DNA of 63,866 nucleotides, counting the filler, from Guillardia theta CCMP2712 (taxonomy: Eukaryota; Protista; Cryptophyta): the NCBI RefSeq assembly GCF_000315625.1. It is 5 parts of 5 records of this genome, joined end to end, with 100 filler letters (N's around TTAATTAATTAA, not from the genome) between each part and the next. Parts side by side here need not be neighbours in the genome. Positions count along the whole stretch, not along the records: positions 1 to 30,621 come from NW_005434428.1; 4 more parts are not named here. One strand, written 5' to 3'. Below are positions 22,801 to 28,714 of this stretch, in pieces (the stretch's first letter is position 1; each line of letters begins with the position of its first letter). The notes under the pieces are model-generated. The model searched no databases. It was not told the origin of the DNA and saw only the letters and a program-made list of their open reading frames with translations. The position numbers and the translations under genes were made by a program.

Positions 22801-25800
22801 ACTGGCCGCACTCGGGGGGCATGCTAAGGGACGGGACTTACCTGACCGCCTCTGCTCAGGACTGTCCCGTCCACGACCGCCTGCGCGAGTTCCAGCTGCG
22901 CTACATCCCTGTGCAAGTCACAGCGGATGCCGGGAGGACCACCCTGGACGAAGGCGGGGAATGCCACATGGGGAGGATGGTCAGCGTGCCTTCCACCGTC
23001 CCGCTCGGGGGGCAGTGCCACCGCTACAACTACTCCCACCTCGAGTGCTCGGTGACGGCTATCTCCGGGGGAGAGGGTGCAGTGACGGAGGTTAGCTACC
23101 ACCACCTGGATGTTCCTAGGTCGACCATGTACCTGGAACAGCTGTCACGGAACTTCCGCAGGCGCTGCGGGCAGTGCCAGGCTCCCCCCAAGACGGAGAA
23201 GTTCGTCAACAGGGCTGATCGGAGCATCCATGGCGTCAGCTACCTCGCCGACGGCCGCTTCACGAGCTTCGGCGTGCCCGTCAGGCTGTCCCTCGCCCGC
23301 ATGCTGGCCCGGGACATACGGCAGCAGGTATGCGGGAATCAGGCGCAGTGTTCCCTGCTGGACTCCGTGGCGAACACGAACGAATGGACGATCGACAACT
23401 TCATGGGGAAGTACCTCCGTGACATCGCCGGGCTCTTCACCTCGGGAGGGGCTGCGGGGAGCATCACCCCGCCTGCTCCCAGCCTGGTGGACGACACGAT
23501 GTTCTGGGGGCGCAACTGGACCTTCTGCACGGAGACGGAGCGCAACCTGACGACCGGGCAGTACCGACGGGAGTGCTTCGGGAGCATACCGAAGGACACC
23601 TGGATGCATCCCTCGCTGCGCAGCCCTTCCTGCAAGTCCGCGATGCTGTCCAGCACCCCCACCCGGGCGGCGATGATCCCTGTGAGGATCTGCACCCTCG
23701 ATGCCACGATGAACGACCTCTGCATCCGCATCGGTGACTTCATCCAGCGCATCCAGGCGGCCAACTGCAAGGCAGCGGGGGTGTGCAGCGACCAGAAGTT
23801 CCTATACAACCCGGCGGCTTACAGCATCTCGAACCAGCAGTTCATCACGGAGACGGTCCTGGACTTTTACGAGTCGGTGTCCGCCGGGGTCTGCGCGGCG
23901 TCCTACACCACGGGGATGGTGGCCGAGGTCATCGCGCAGAACAATGTCATGAGGGGCAAGTGCCCGGCCCAGATGCTCGTCCCGGTGCAGACCACCATCT
24001 CCCAGCTGCGCCAGGTCGTACAGACGCTCGTGAAGCTGGCGTATTACGTTGCAATGATCGTGATAAATTTCCTCAGGCTGGTCACCGGACAGTCTTCCGA
24101 GCAGGTGATGCCAGACGTCTTCCGGTGGCTCGATCTGTTCATCAATGAGGCCAAAGTTCTCTTCGACCAGCTGGGAAACATGCTCTTCGGGATCATCCAG
24201 GCGACACCCTTCGGAGAGCAGCTAATGATCATCATCCGGATTATCTGCACACTCTTGAATTGGTTCATCATGTACTTTTGGCTCCCTGTCATGTGTCCCA
24301 TTCTTCAGGGTGTGGGTCATGTCTCCCTCTTTATCGCTAACATCCTTAAGGGAATTGCGGAGATATGCATCCTTGGTATATGCCCTTTTGAGTGGATCAC
24401 ATACCAGATCCCGTTAAAGGTCGGTGAGACGCTCGTGGGTATGGACTGCACCCCACGAGAGGTATTGGACTGCAACATCGGGGATAACTACCAGCCCAGC
24501 GCCGGGGACGGGACGCTCCCCACCCCGACGCGCTGCTGGGCCAGCTACTTGAGCAGCGTGGCCGATTCCGGGAAGTTGTCGTGCTCTGGTGCGGACACCT
24601 GCGCCAGGGGGTTGACCTCGGACAATGCCGATACGGTAGTGTGCGATGCGTGCCCCTTCGGTGCCGACGTCACCGTCACGAACCGTTTCGGCTGCGACCC
24701 CATCCGCAAGCAGTGCTCCTGCAATGTCCAGCAGATCTCGCAGACACCCTGCATGACGCACGAGCAGTGCATCAACCAGGCGGGAGCTACCTGCGTGTTC
24801 ATGAATAGCCGCGTGGAGCAGACGTTTGGGAACATACCCTGTGGTCAGTGCACCAGCCAGCCCATGTGTGTGATCCAGCCTGGGCAGACCTACGGGTCTT
24901 GCTCTTGCTTCTTGACGAAGGTGGTACCGGAGTCTTGCTCTGTGAGTGAGGTAGGGATGAATGTTCAGTACAAGCTATCCGGGCTGTGCCTGGCGCAGGT
25001 TTCAGGTAGCATGGGCGGCTTCACCGCCGAGACGAGCTCTACCTACACAATTAGCTACAACAACCTCCTTGCAACGCCGTGCTACAACGCGGATTCTTCC
25101 AGGATCTATTGCTACAGCGTCTACAGCTCGGCCTTCAGCTACGCTCCCATGCTCGTCTCCCTGGGTGTCAGCGGGCTCTCCGGTTCCGGCTCCCAGTCCC
25201 CCTACGGCAGGCGCTTGCTCGGCATCGAAGGCGCTCCTGACTTTTTCAGCCACGACGAGCTCTGCATGGACGCCTGGGACGACTTTCTCGCCACCAACCG
25301 CAGCACGAGGGTGATGGCCGGTTGTGTCACCCGGTTTGCCGCGACCTACGACGTCGTGTCGGCGCACGGGCTGCTGGACTACATCCCCCCGAACATGTTT
25401 GTGAGCTGGGCGGACTTCCTGACCACCGTGGGTGACAGGCCGGACTCCCTCCTGGTCCTCCTGTACTCCCCTGGCCTCGCCTTCGAGCTCCTCCTCCGCA
25501 CCCCCCTGTACCACCGCCTGGTCAGGCACTACCGAGCCTGGACGGCCGCGCTGACGGAGCTTTACCTCGACGTGACGGTGCACCGCAGCATCCAGCCCAA
25601 CGGCGGGCTGCACTATGAGGTGGACGCAGAGGGCGGCGTGTTCATCCATGGGCACAACATTAGCGAGTTTACACTCATTCTCCTCAATCTGCTCCACAGG
25701 TTTAATCTGAGCTCGAATACATTGTACCCTGGTAACGTATCCCTTGCCATCCGCAACCAGGAGTCTGTCCGAAAGTTGCTGTCTATGACAGCCACCTCGC

Positions 25801-27053
25801 CATTCGCCACGGAGCTGCTCTACAACGGGACAGGGATACAGCAGAGACTTTCACGCAGGCATCTCCTCATGTTTACATCGTGGAAGACCCGCATGGAGGA
25901 GGTCCAGCGCTTTACGGGCACTGTCGCCTTGAACGACGGGGTCCCGATGGCCGTGGGAAGAGAGACGGCGGCGGACTGGGTCGACAGCCCGTTTGCCTGG
26001 CCGCTCCAGTTCGACTTTGGTGGGACGATCTTCGAGTGCCCGCTCCTCGCCAGGACGTTTGAGTTGACACGCGATGCATTTACCAACACATCGCTGTACT
26101 ACGCCAACGGGCACACCCTTAAAGCAACCCCCCGCAGCATCGTCTCGGGCAGCTGGCCCTTCAGCAACCTCCCCTACCGCGGTCCGGTGCCTCCCTTGAA
26201 GGAGCCCACCCGTCAGACCTTCCTGAACATGCTGGTGTTCCAGGCATTGAAATGGATCGACCAGACCCCCTTCAACCGGCAGTTCTTCTACGACCTCTTC
26301 AGTGCCTTACCCGGCATGCTCAGGGATTTTGCCCGCTGTGACCGCCAGGCGGTGATGCTCTGCAGTCGCCACCACTACACGCTCCTCGTCTCGGGCTTCG
26401 TAATCGCCGTGGTGTGGTCTGGAGTGTCGCTCGTGGCGTCTTCCTTCCGCATCCCGTACCTGACCACATTCCTCTGGACCTCCTACCCCCTCGTTGTGAT
26501 TTACTACGCCTTTGGAGTGTCGCCCCTCTGCCTCCCAATGGTTCCCACCTGCATCTTCCAGGACTTCGTCGAGGTCCTCAACTTCTTCTTCCCCGCCACA
26601 CTCCGCTTCCCCGACAGTCTGCAGAAGAGCCCCGGCTGTCTGGACGCAGCCCCGAATGCCACGGCCAGGGAGGACTGCCTGCTCTCCTGCTCCCTCCAGC
26701 CCTTCGAGTACGTCTCCTGGGAGTCCGAGGTGGCGTGGTGGACTTGCTTCGCCTCTACCGGCCTGTGTCGGTCCGTCGATGGCGTGGTGACGAGCATGCC
26801 CCTCCTCAACAAGCTGACCTCTCTCCACCGCGATCTCGTCGTCAAGGCCGCCATCGTGGAGGGCGAAAACGCGGACATGATCCTCGCCCAGTCCGTCTGC
26901 GCCGCGCTCAACGTATGGAGGGTCATACCCATCGTGATCCTACTCTTCATCGTCATGTACGCCTTCAGCGTCATCGCCACCTTCCCCTTCTTCGTGGTCA
27001 ACGAGTTCGTCCGGCTCGCGATACAGGGCGTCATCATGAGCCACACGGACTGA
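7818..27053 (+). CDS. Giant (~6,411 aa) cysteine-rich multi-pass membrane glycoprotein of unknown function
   Basis: Uninterrupted 19.2-kb frame with GC3 bias. Hydrophobic N-terminus from ATG 7818 (MYILLFVAGLVLVLVV). Hydrophobic helical clusters near 7.8-8.3, 10.7-11.5, 13.2-13.6, 24.0-24.4 and 26.4-27.0 kb. Abundant Cys and NxS/T sequons; RRLL, RKLL and RHLL near the C-terminus. Confidence 0.93.
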   Translation: MYILLFVAGLVLVLVVERVVHSVLSLVVDRSMRPTKRYASMSLVGTFFQNLFAYFFFAFNVLAMTLGFIARNLLWFGFLVLVMAVLSMVLDFAPGLVAEYVYVYNAGLGTYIHFFIVLPVQLVELLFSHVTALYNCIMWIVNGVFLSVLAPSFLADNVNVGWLPRFGTSFFKFSGEVVLSISSYLVNVMACATNPLGGVPRGGTGSFLILNATGSVECFEPGMINLDLITPAGSFRDMCLYMARFVVFSCPAANAVIDLLTFPLSDMNLYKGIHCIVNALLGLFVQLPFVTLHRCRFGATLPMLGVHQRILCAPDFRPAMDLSVAGARYLGRTVDNWLDSSLVILETLFTGSAPQCDPVPIPLSYSDDDSRALFGGNFRAVVGLTPGMYAVTDGISTEYNIFYKQVTREIAYRNWPFPVEPAYGIAAVKYGELPEGDVAGDLTTGMLGCECLDVPGVGAQITCAIVPYLSGSNMPSTTGSVASMIQDYLKSNSIQQAVNSSNATQRIPVTFSVPSSSQYATCKRLKIQVESLRWPATRVSATSTSPGAWNQMGAAAQVNILDVAREVRADAAIYVMPQCPFSAVPDPSCIPGFEGFSCYPFCVGLHLTGTINQGIVLYGANDWRDSVQYLLRDCGVGQGAVGSISPSALSLSPLAFGPPVRYTVPKGVVYNAAAQSAWDPATQSCVSSADVNSRVSVNLTTVYAFPPDQSEPTIREKFQPFVFASDVVLTAYQDGLGKWSVKVSRIFGEDALSFRLVDLPGLIPANDICLGSPSCEEPFQPSLIGIPYAYQDYPQLYNPSTTSQWAVFYATNPNPEVYEAYSRYCAGLPTKFGIVMDSSYGQVRVWKFNAFALDQSETSGAAVMTWTFEGFNRVQEVSNCGALYNMSVVRLEYINEYNVAVTVLQASMQSFDVVTRMPRPGFDGFDYVVYFINPTTNEGPSESMFSELVPQSLLSEGLLCPSQRRMPEVGSSLAEAWAGVLYFMRLPLNAVVLFPAIFSGGDWPRFTECSAVALGHSLLLGCGKGILNVDNAFEAWHRASFLFYHSFVKIATFGQSLSPSNPILLYTRQAVVGSTVAATYLTNGAPAFMAKLLGSVNFNRPFADMSRAMLFGLPSWIRIFGRVVRFSSTSFQMFLRFLERLIMEYVLKLASGQGVDSGIFYILTAMRDDVDQLMVQPAREICGGVSLIFGYTNPPATAMRFFCTVGAETALGLFDFMNVFLIDFPVVDCVCRGGQGTVFRDHLEQQCYKWAPVGYRPLLNAMLEQSAGDRRLMCSMLVERTNGNLSTAFDGVFTALYEGYQSIGSMFDYFLVFIDSSSGTCSNYYSSDYVMAILPEPIDYFTMCYRTRLCELACGEQYDAFHTALAQVAGGKPLVYSMNQTVSVESRFFSSGGEFYGTDRLPFDVMALVEMSGCNRVCYGDVGISGPPSQPDRCVSIAGIDSHLKIAVKAYCLPSSLKTGIRPSAKILDGSFRGTAIDYEVDGSEAWSAGIARLQYASVDLVDSIGRSNILVVTTEQEVSLVSDQRQSYTLLKTIPSSQKAVLVTDIYSIEEVVSFPSDDIADIFVRATTTDWSVPHEPSTGPVCLHVRLDTQRFATEAILKTSAFTIKRCAGAVNVFSTIRTPYVTCLGPSCSGVALFPTEDGAEVKVCDRSEGALTCVAVPSGGHLASDLGLSSKNLPQVSMTQDKRFIRRVPRVAQSSLTGWNGAGQQSSMTVFAVAGQKVTTTWLSDIRLRVDGGVWAGTRSYSSTYQMLTTLKKNCSVADCTGCMGYPTLQRLCYAASQCAVARCIGTEVNFQRPLCAIGSVVSKLMRQALLTMQNVYLIFSQSVALIVDASTGQITNRVVIEWPDQVFFSAMCDMKDITVSSVGVLMSLVNGITMKAQAILSSTEVGLVPTDPSFNAKATLSMASMTNLFSQILLLPLYVFIAAQKTFVCTTNSMTAILNSDLLGNFQLVIGDPSIQAVSGDVAGICLTQVFEQDVQAQALGGSDFIGGAAAQVTDRLIDAGMTLQLAPAYHLTDAVLAYASGVTYGFMDVLQTIDQKHCRLPDVTTETIYRCACGDLAHRVSPERRQEGIREQAFWCVGSLQLLGPDGKPRLVYNPYTFEELVTASRTKMSTYLTCVGRGQGDCSRHLPTLPLLARQDVDPGTVLTRCRSNYVNKVWDAGAAYLTGFRNYPDLAKVGYIIQQSYQPSLIPSSVVTCLEQTLRLGTGNDACLLGWLTLTNRTRENYFRYEVAGFVSDNSDFADVDGCEVFTGPSSNPDPAKAYQFEQCLNTSNAAQCQLPQYIWSGRTTNRVPVASLHSVSYPPGSTQLYDAAREEHLKIKKEATEYFTEALLQWENPELEASFFSVEGDILHQLFDCYFMGPFASAELWPSGGTRSVRSMLYYRNSPSDRTFMVPSANCKPGVDACCPQQSPFSCGGPARNAIIHGFIEKLKNSPGGPTNEVLARAVQDGVKAKLREFKSIFTNVNSFGCPCPGGANSVECCSKDNPGVWASKEMQAIDYSVLESQSVLDVIFDLAAEYIETEVYFNRTLFEAFAEPLTDSQRAQLRDESMFDPSSPVSGYDESEVLEAGSKNRSLWDLCVDLVSQIFATLPLDAERASFGASSYAYEHDPTRSPSSSRFADSIEETVSYILGRAKEDSPFYWGTGGGDLRYMPSKSARCRTRGSLVRPVTNGTLNPLDGAYIPLGIDDTGVGVRYTVAGRLAGLQLPKYGVLGQNASGFTQRCYCGWTTPNGMLCRVDPLVCATARLASLTSLPGGAVEDFQAICQAGSYSTFGEWVSVYRVAEAAWDASWSCPDMQLSDVWGVVNDLQLDYWMANIDDSFVDYNYNLQDVLHLGTAGLRLSNMEWLQRNSHLFLRPAARRYKLYNPDTDISVALEDCVDETIDSNAANGFQSYVGSLSSVYSHFKDRLMPVLRSTHTSGSEAFCTRFVLELARLEALVYVDQAVGAQEPNPEISVQRVAVDLWRTRCMTQVRMVGLCNLHGVFDRVPPNHSIQGSHCPFTITGTCGKMYLTSDCIVYCDGVFSEPCSCAEAAGVPCSGYAWDVSLNATCPLAFDPRGISDMDIERSTLYAPTVFPEEELLASGLSPEENLALAERILAHEEQYITTFIPKASDKSLMEDALITGSKAGEGVAFGKPLGNREYCDAVADYWPEGWIHPSGYHVTVGCRHEETAFRGFDTWMSVEYDSVRGEKYLQLDARRLRNETLLKNYFGSAASCSAASYGMPMFETNNARLQARWKDGQRYDPTQPIGRFVPGDTTDYIQTGVAGGWDQVPTQGRIGKHTRPSSGLLHHWIPEMATGATATAVWPASGQTFGRYELPEGTVPEWGPGCGQLPLRTCRNDTDCPALHGAAVRCLRSWSESRGEERDGVCAVQGSAPLQCYQNHHCRDSGQVCSAWGRCVDGYVLMRNKVGYPVEMHSHSEKCGEESLGYSPWQVVPDFLPRHGMCGFREWFEYETMRARATGAASPGTLAAVNPDVLWYSTSPYVTDAVVKQGLFERGILKVHPHTCDRDYAYSFPSCAGNPSSVFNEVGGAVDQPGEGRTMRTYRRAAAGWELDLCSVDHMERQRTGFLYPFSGVAGEDSFAGVQNSLSLCSNLQLCSLQEFYVQGYHTLGRKINRVQKDGSCIDSGNCLATPYQLQDGLFCGAAGYLKALDPSDVARRYDPICRVDPLVTPLVRMFCTADRASISSACDLDPSYATVSNVQELCRLWDEDYNYQSLPNIDRALNRALLRFFKRGFTTWDEYQRRATCAATVFNLMGVYAGQQTQGTGGTQWYSVELEPGVPTYFPPYASLYVFRDASQMEIPAAWWVQCVLLDSSVNVELLESASTDQVPCRGWENAKTAGYQPQTVRDFLLSSPRVYLESGMNSPTNETQIALSIYDNLFEQVSLARHTVQGAMGGGEHRLSYVYYRTLKDLYLTDEDYNEFANAVDSGGNSNNDKVFKTNAVPRDDGTYPFYDDSDIPGIFQQVVNYMMSGSVRDGYFPPGSGVNRLSKAMGSFTKTSLSDGFLDLGPAYFDPSLGVLQYTLPTLAPSFFEAELDRILAGVLKQEDDLQDWKDIGLEYEYDAFKDYATLADLSTGTMRMTKCLNVNFNTSEPGVNQNFIRPFVRLLDQNAGGEDIYVCDSDVGYDRRTGQSCGLMHDSLDDNCSTRFVYLREYNNGEGIVVQTHCKQPLFVRDLVEDDKRKIADLSRLDLDTANPAGAICLRTDSTCLQGGGLEGSSVGVVSVVPTLGVEVQTFYREMQSGDPNSDKFYGPLYQKASTRWYPAWVDCYGVPGVNKSNLQAWTGWDRARVEQAREILLARENAEGSSPNLQVLDLEAIWNSSSTRPVSFSVRCNVSSCTTSTGVSFDCGSDGQCNVRMDNMAVHAMSLRLTEPSVYFCASSEAQARERCPARRTNDSVLVEIRNNLWYCKADCVRKTLLKYVGKHSIKYRGLREDVLGFTPSDRSAIGLSDTSNARDGYSQKDSFRLVHHLMRKQIFGSGNALPGSIYNSVWMKPSALSASFMDRHSLYPFQALTLYDYVNYVEQADTMRKQPLDTCINQAVDVTECSKDQITGQRVHRSSLEQCASELKRRSSLVANPGYAVLVKLRGEELTSSHLLHWAAASRPERDRFVDWVTSAGRCSETRQSEAVCYLTGDGNVFTINPWLGGGFNIHEACDTVPLPEQLTRVISADCFPQGSGTCRNYTALVYTPCVSKNNQPPSRTDIFTSASNNLCEKAPRPNSTCLQRQGLYGGGEGEGMTDLYTRPLYSMPYSGIFGMEPNPSYHSRTPSNGILRQSFMDLGGGFFVADLQTLEDGMTDNLLPACMPLWYPTKADGSPDLAGRDPCSNNSMDWLSSYSVDSRVDYDLNRVDLGNTVAEGQLPPWDCPVREMHFWGGGDASFRPRAPYGPRAGVMFFEASNMGGSAGNGMSNPVQPYGVEMPGLQRPYFASEICSCSSAGDCSFQVVSKESCSILSTVDFLSGEKWYTQQAHAGAAGCRTSTDWPHSGGMLRDGTYLTASAQDCPVHDRLREFQLRYIPVQVTADAGRTTLDEGGECHMGRMVSVPSTVPLGGQCHRYNYSHLECSVTAISGGEGAVTEVSYHHLDVPRSTMYLEQLSRNFRRRCGQCQAPPKTEKFVNRADRSIHGVSYLADGRFTSFGVPVRLSLARMLARDIRQQVCGNQAQCSLLDSVANTNEWTIDNFMGKYLRDIAGLFTSGGAAGSITPPAPSLVDDTMFWGRNWTFCTETERNLTTGQYRRECFGSIPKDTWMHPSLRSPSCKSAMLSSTPTRAAMIPVRICTLDATMNDLCIRIGDFIQRIQAANCKAAGVCSDQKFLYNPAAYSISNQQFITETVLDFYESVSAGVCAASYTTGMVAEVIAQNNVMRGKCPAQMLVPVQTTISQLRQVVQTLVKLAYYVAMIVINFLRLVTGQSSEQVMPDVFRWLDLFINEAKVLFDQLGNMLFGIIQATPFGEQLMIIIRIICTLLNWFIMYFWLPVMCPILQGVGHVSLFIANILKGIAEICILGICPFEWITYQIPLKVGETLVGMDCTPREVLDCNIGDNYQPSAGDGTLPTPTRCWASYLSSVADSGKLSCSGADTCARGLTSDNADTVVCDACPFGADVTVTNRFGCDPIRKQCSCNVQQISQTPCMTHEQCINQAGATCVFMNSRVEQTFGNIPCGQCTSQPMCVIQPGQTYGSCSCFLTKVVPESCSVSEVGMNVQYKLSGLCLAQVSGSMGGFTAETSSTYTISYNNLLATPCYNADSSRIYCYSVYSSAFSYAPMLVSLGVSGLSGSGSQSPYGRRLLGIEGAPDFFSHDELCMDAWDDFLATNRSTRVMAGCVTRFAATYDVVSAHGLLDYIPPNMFVSWADFLTTVGDRPDSLLVLLYSPGLAFELLLRTPLYHRLVRHYRAWTAALTELYLDVTVHRSIQPNGGLHYEVDAEGGVFIHGHNISEFTLILLNLLHRFNLSSNTLYPGNVSLAIRNQESVRKLLSMTATSPFATELLYNGTGIQQRLSRRHLLMFTSWKTRMEEVQRFTGTVALNDGVPMAVGRETAADWVDSPFAWPLQFDFGGTIFECPLLARTFELTRDAFTNTSLYYANGHTLKATPRSIVSGSWPFSNLPYRGPVPPLKEPTRQTFLNMLVFQALKWIDQTPFNRQFFYDLFSALPGMLRDFARCDRQAVMLCSRHHYTLLVSGFVIAVVWSGVSLVASSFRIPYLTTFLWTSYPLVVIYYAFGVSPLCLPMVPTCIFQDFVEVLNFFFPATLRFPDSLQKSPGCLDAAPNATAREDCLLSCSLQPFEYVSWESEVAWWTCFASTGLCRSVDGVVTSMPLLNKLTSLHRDLVVKAAIVEGENADMILAQSVCAALNVWRVIPIVILLFIVMYAFSVIATFPFFVVNEFVRLAIQGVIMSHTD

Positions 27054-27065
27054 AGGGGACGGGTT

Positions 27066-27075
27066 GTATTTAAAC
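27066..27075 (+). promoter_or_regulatory. TATT-type promoter box GTATTTAAAC
   Basis: 45 nt before ATG 27112. Confidence 0.65.
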
Positions 27076-27111
27076 GAGTTGTGATGGGTATGTTTGTCGT
27101 ACTGAAGAGGA

Positions 27112-27591
27112 ATGCATATTAATCACAAAATATACGCTACTTTGATTGCTTCTCGCGAGCGCGATGATGCCATAATGCGTATGGTAGAGACGTTAATATC
27201 CACCCTTGCTTCCGAGCCCCGTGTTTCCAGGCCCTTCGATTCCAGGGGTCGTACTCGCAAGGAGGCAAAGCTGGCCACTCTCGAGATAAATGATAAAGTC
27301 TACTTAGAGCGCATCGAGGAGGTTCAGGAGTTCATCGACAAGAAGAACAACGGCGACGAGACGCCATGGAGTAAATGCCCATGTTTCTACAGTATCAAGT
27401 ATCATACCAAGAAGGAGGTGTCTTTCGAGTCTTGTCAGGAGTACATCAGCATTATGTCATCCAAGATCATTGCCAATCAGCAGGAAATCATCAACTCCAC
27501 TGTGTTTGAGTCACGCAACCCCATCCGCTTTGTGGTTAAGAGCCACGACACCAAGCGTCGCAAGCTCAATGTGTTCGAGACCGAGGATTAA
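27112..27591 (+). CDS. Hypothetical protein (159 aa) with C-terminal KRRK NLS-like motif
   Basis: ATG ORF, upstream TATT box, AATAAA at ~27632. Confidence 0.8.
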   Translation: MHINHKIYATLIASRERDDAIMRMVETLISTLASEPRVSRPFDSRGRTRKEAKLATLEINDKVYLERIEEVQEFIDKKNNGDETPWSKCPCFYSIKYHTKKEVSFESCQEYISIMSSKIIANQQEIINSTVFESRNPIRFVVKSHDTKRRKLNVFETED

Positions 27592-27690
27592 GGTGTCATG
27601 CGAGAGGCAGTAGCCGTAGTGACTAAACTGCAATAAATGTTCAAAAATAACCTGTCTCACATGAACTGCTAAGATACACGCAGATTGCAC

Positions 27691-27700
27691 GTATTTAAAG
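27691..27700 (+). promoter_or_regulatory. TATT-type promoter box GTATTTAAAG
   Basis: 44 nt before ATG 27736. Confidence 0.65.
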
Positions 27701-27735
27701 CGATGGGGTGGATATGAGTGTCTTTCCAAAGAAGA

Positions 27736-27987
27736 ATGCTCTCCGCACCGACTCAACGCACTACCGCACTCACCGACCGTCAGGTCGATCACGACAAGAT
27801 CGACAGAGAGGTTGATTACAACAAGCAGAGGATCAAGTTCTTGAAAGAAGAACTGGGCAAGGCACAAAGGAATCTGCACACCATGCATGGAGACGACTAT
27901 CTCCACTACGTTGCCTTCATCGAGTTCTGCAAGAGGTAGATCGCTTTTCACAAGAACAAGATCAACGAGCTGCTCACCCCGAAGTAG
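27736..27987 (+). pseudogene. Small coiled-coil protein with a probable premature TAG at 27937-27939
   Basis: Frame continues FCKR*IAFHKNKINELLTPK* with coding-like codons to TAG 27985-27987, then AATAAA at 28019. Confidence 0.5.
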
Positions 27988-28049
27988 AAAGCGTGTAGTG
28001 TAGTGTGTACTAAAGCACAATAAACGTTCAGAAAAATCACGCTACATCT

Positions 28050-28616
28050 TCACTCGAGGATTGGATGGAACAGGAGGTAGTCCGGGGTGATGGGGTGCTT
28101 GTAGGGGAGGAAGGGCATACCGAGCTTCATCCGGATCTGTGAAATGACGTTGTACATGTCCGTGTAGGCGTGGAGCATGTCCCCTTTGTCGTGCATGATA
28201 AGGCTTACAATCTGTTCCTTGTCCAATACTTTCTGTTTCCTGTGTATTATGTCCTGCACAAGCTCCCATGTATTCTGATCCACGTTGTACAGGGCGGTGA
28301 ACAGGGGTGCGAGCTTCGCCTTCCTCTCCTGCATATCACGGATGAAGTTTCGGAACATGTCGCGCTGCTCGACGAATTTCTCCACCTCGTGCTGCACAAT
28401 CATGATGGTCTCCCTCGGGTACCTGGTGTGTATATGCTCCGTGCTGTTGTCCTTGATCAGGAGGACGATGTCGCCGTACTTGAAATCGCCCTTGCTGATC
28501 ACCTTGATCATGTACATGCGCGAATCCCACATGTAGTCGAGCGCGATATGCAGGTCTAGCTCCGATGTCATTTCTTCAGAATCCGGTCCATCCAATTCAG
28601 TCCCTCCCCGTAGCAT
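28050..28616 (-). CDS. Hypothetical viral protein (~188 aa)
   Basis: GC3-biased frame; first ATG at 28616 (alternative ATG at 28571). Confidence 0.8.
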   Translation of the reverse strand: MLRGGTELDGPDSEEMTSELDLHIALDYMWDSRMYMIKVISKGDFKYGDIVLLIKDNSTEHIHTRYPRETIMIVQHEVEKFVEQRDMFRNFIRDMQERKAKLAPLFTALYNVDQNTWELVQDIIHRKQKVLDKEQIVSLIMHDKGDMLHAYTDMYNVISQIRMKLGMPFLPYKHPITPDYLLFHPILE

Positions 28617-28714
28617 GGCAACGCGCCAAATAAGAAAAAAAAGAAGCTTCTTTTTGGTCACTGGGGCTCGGATGGGAGGACCTGGAAAAGAGGAATGGTC
28701 AGCGGGGGACGGTT

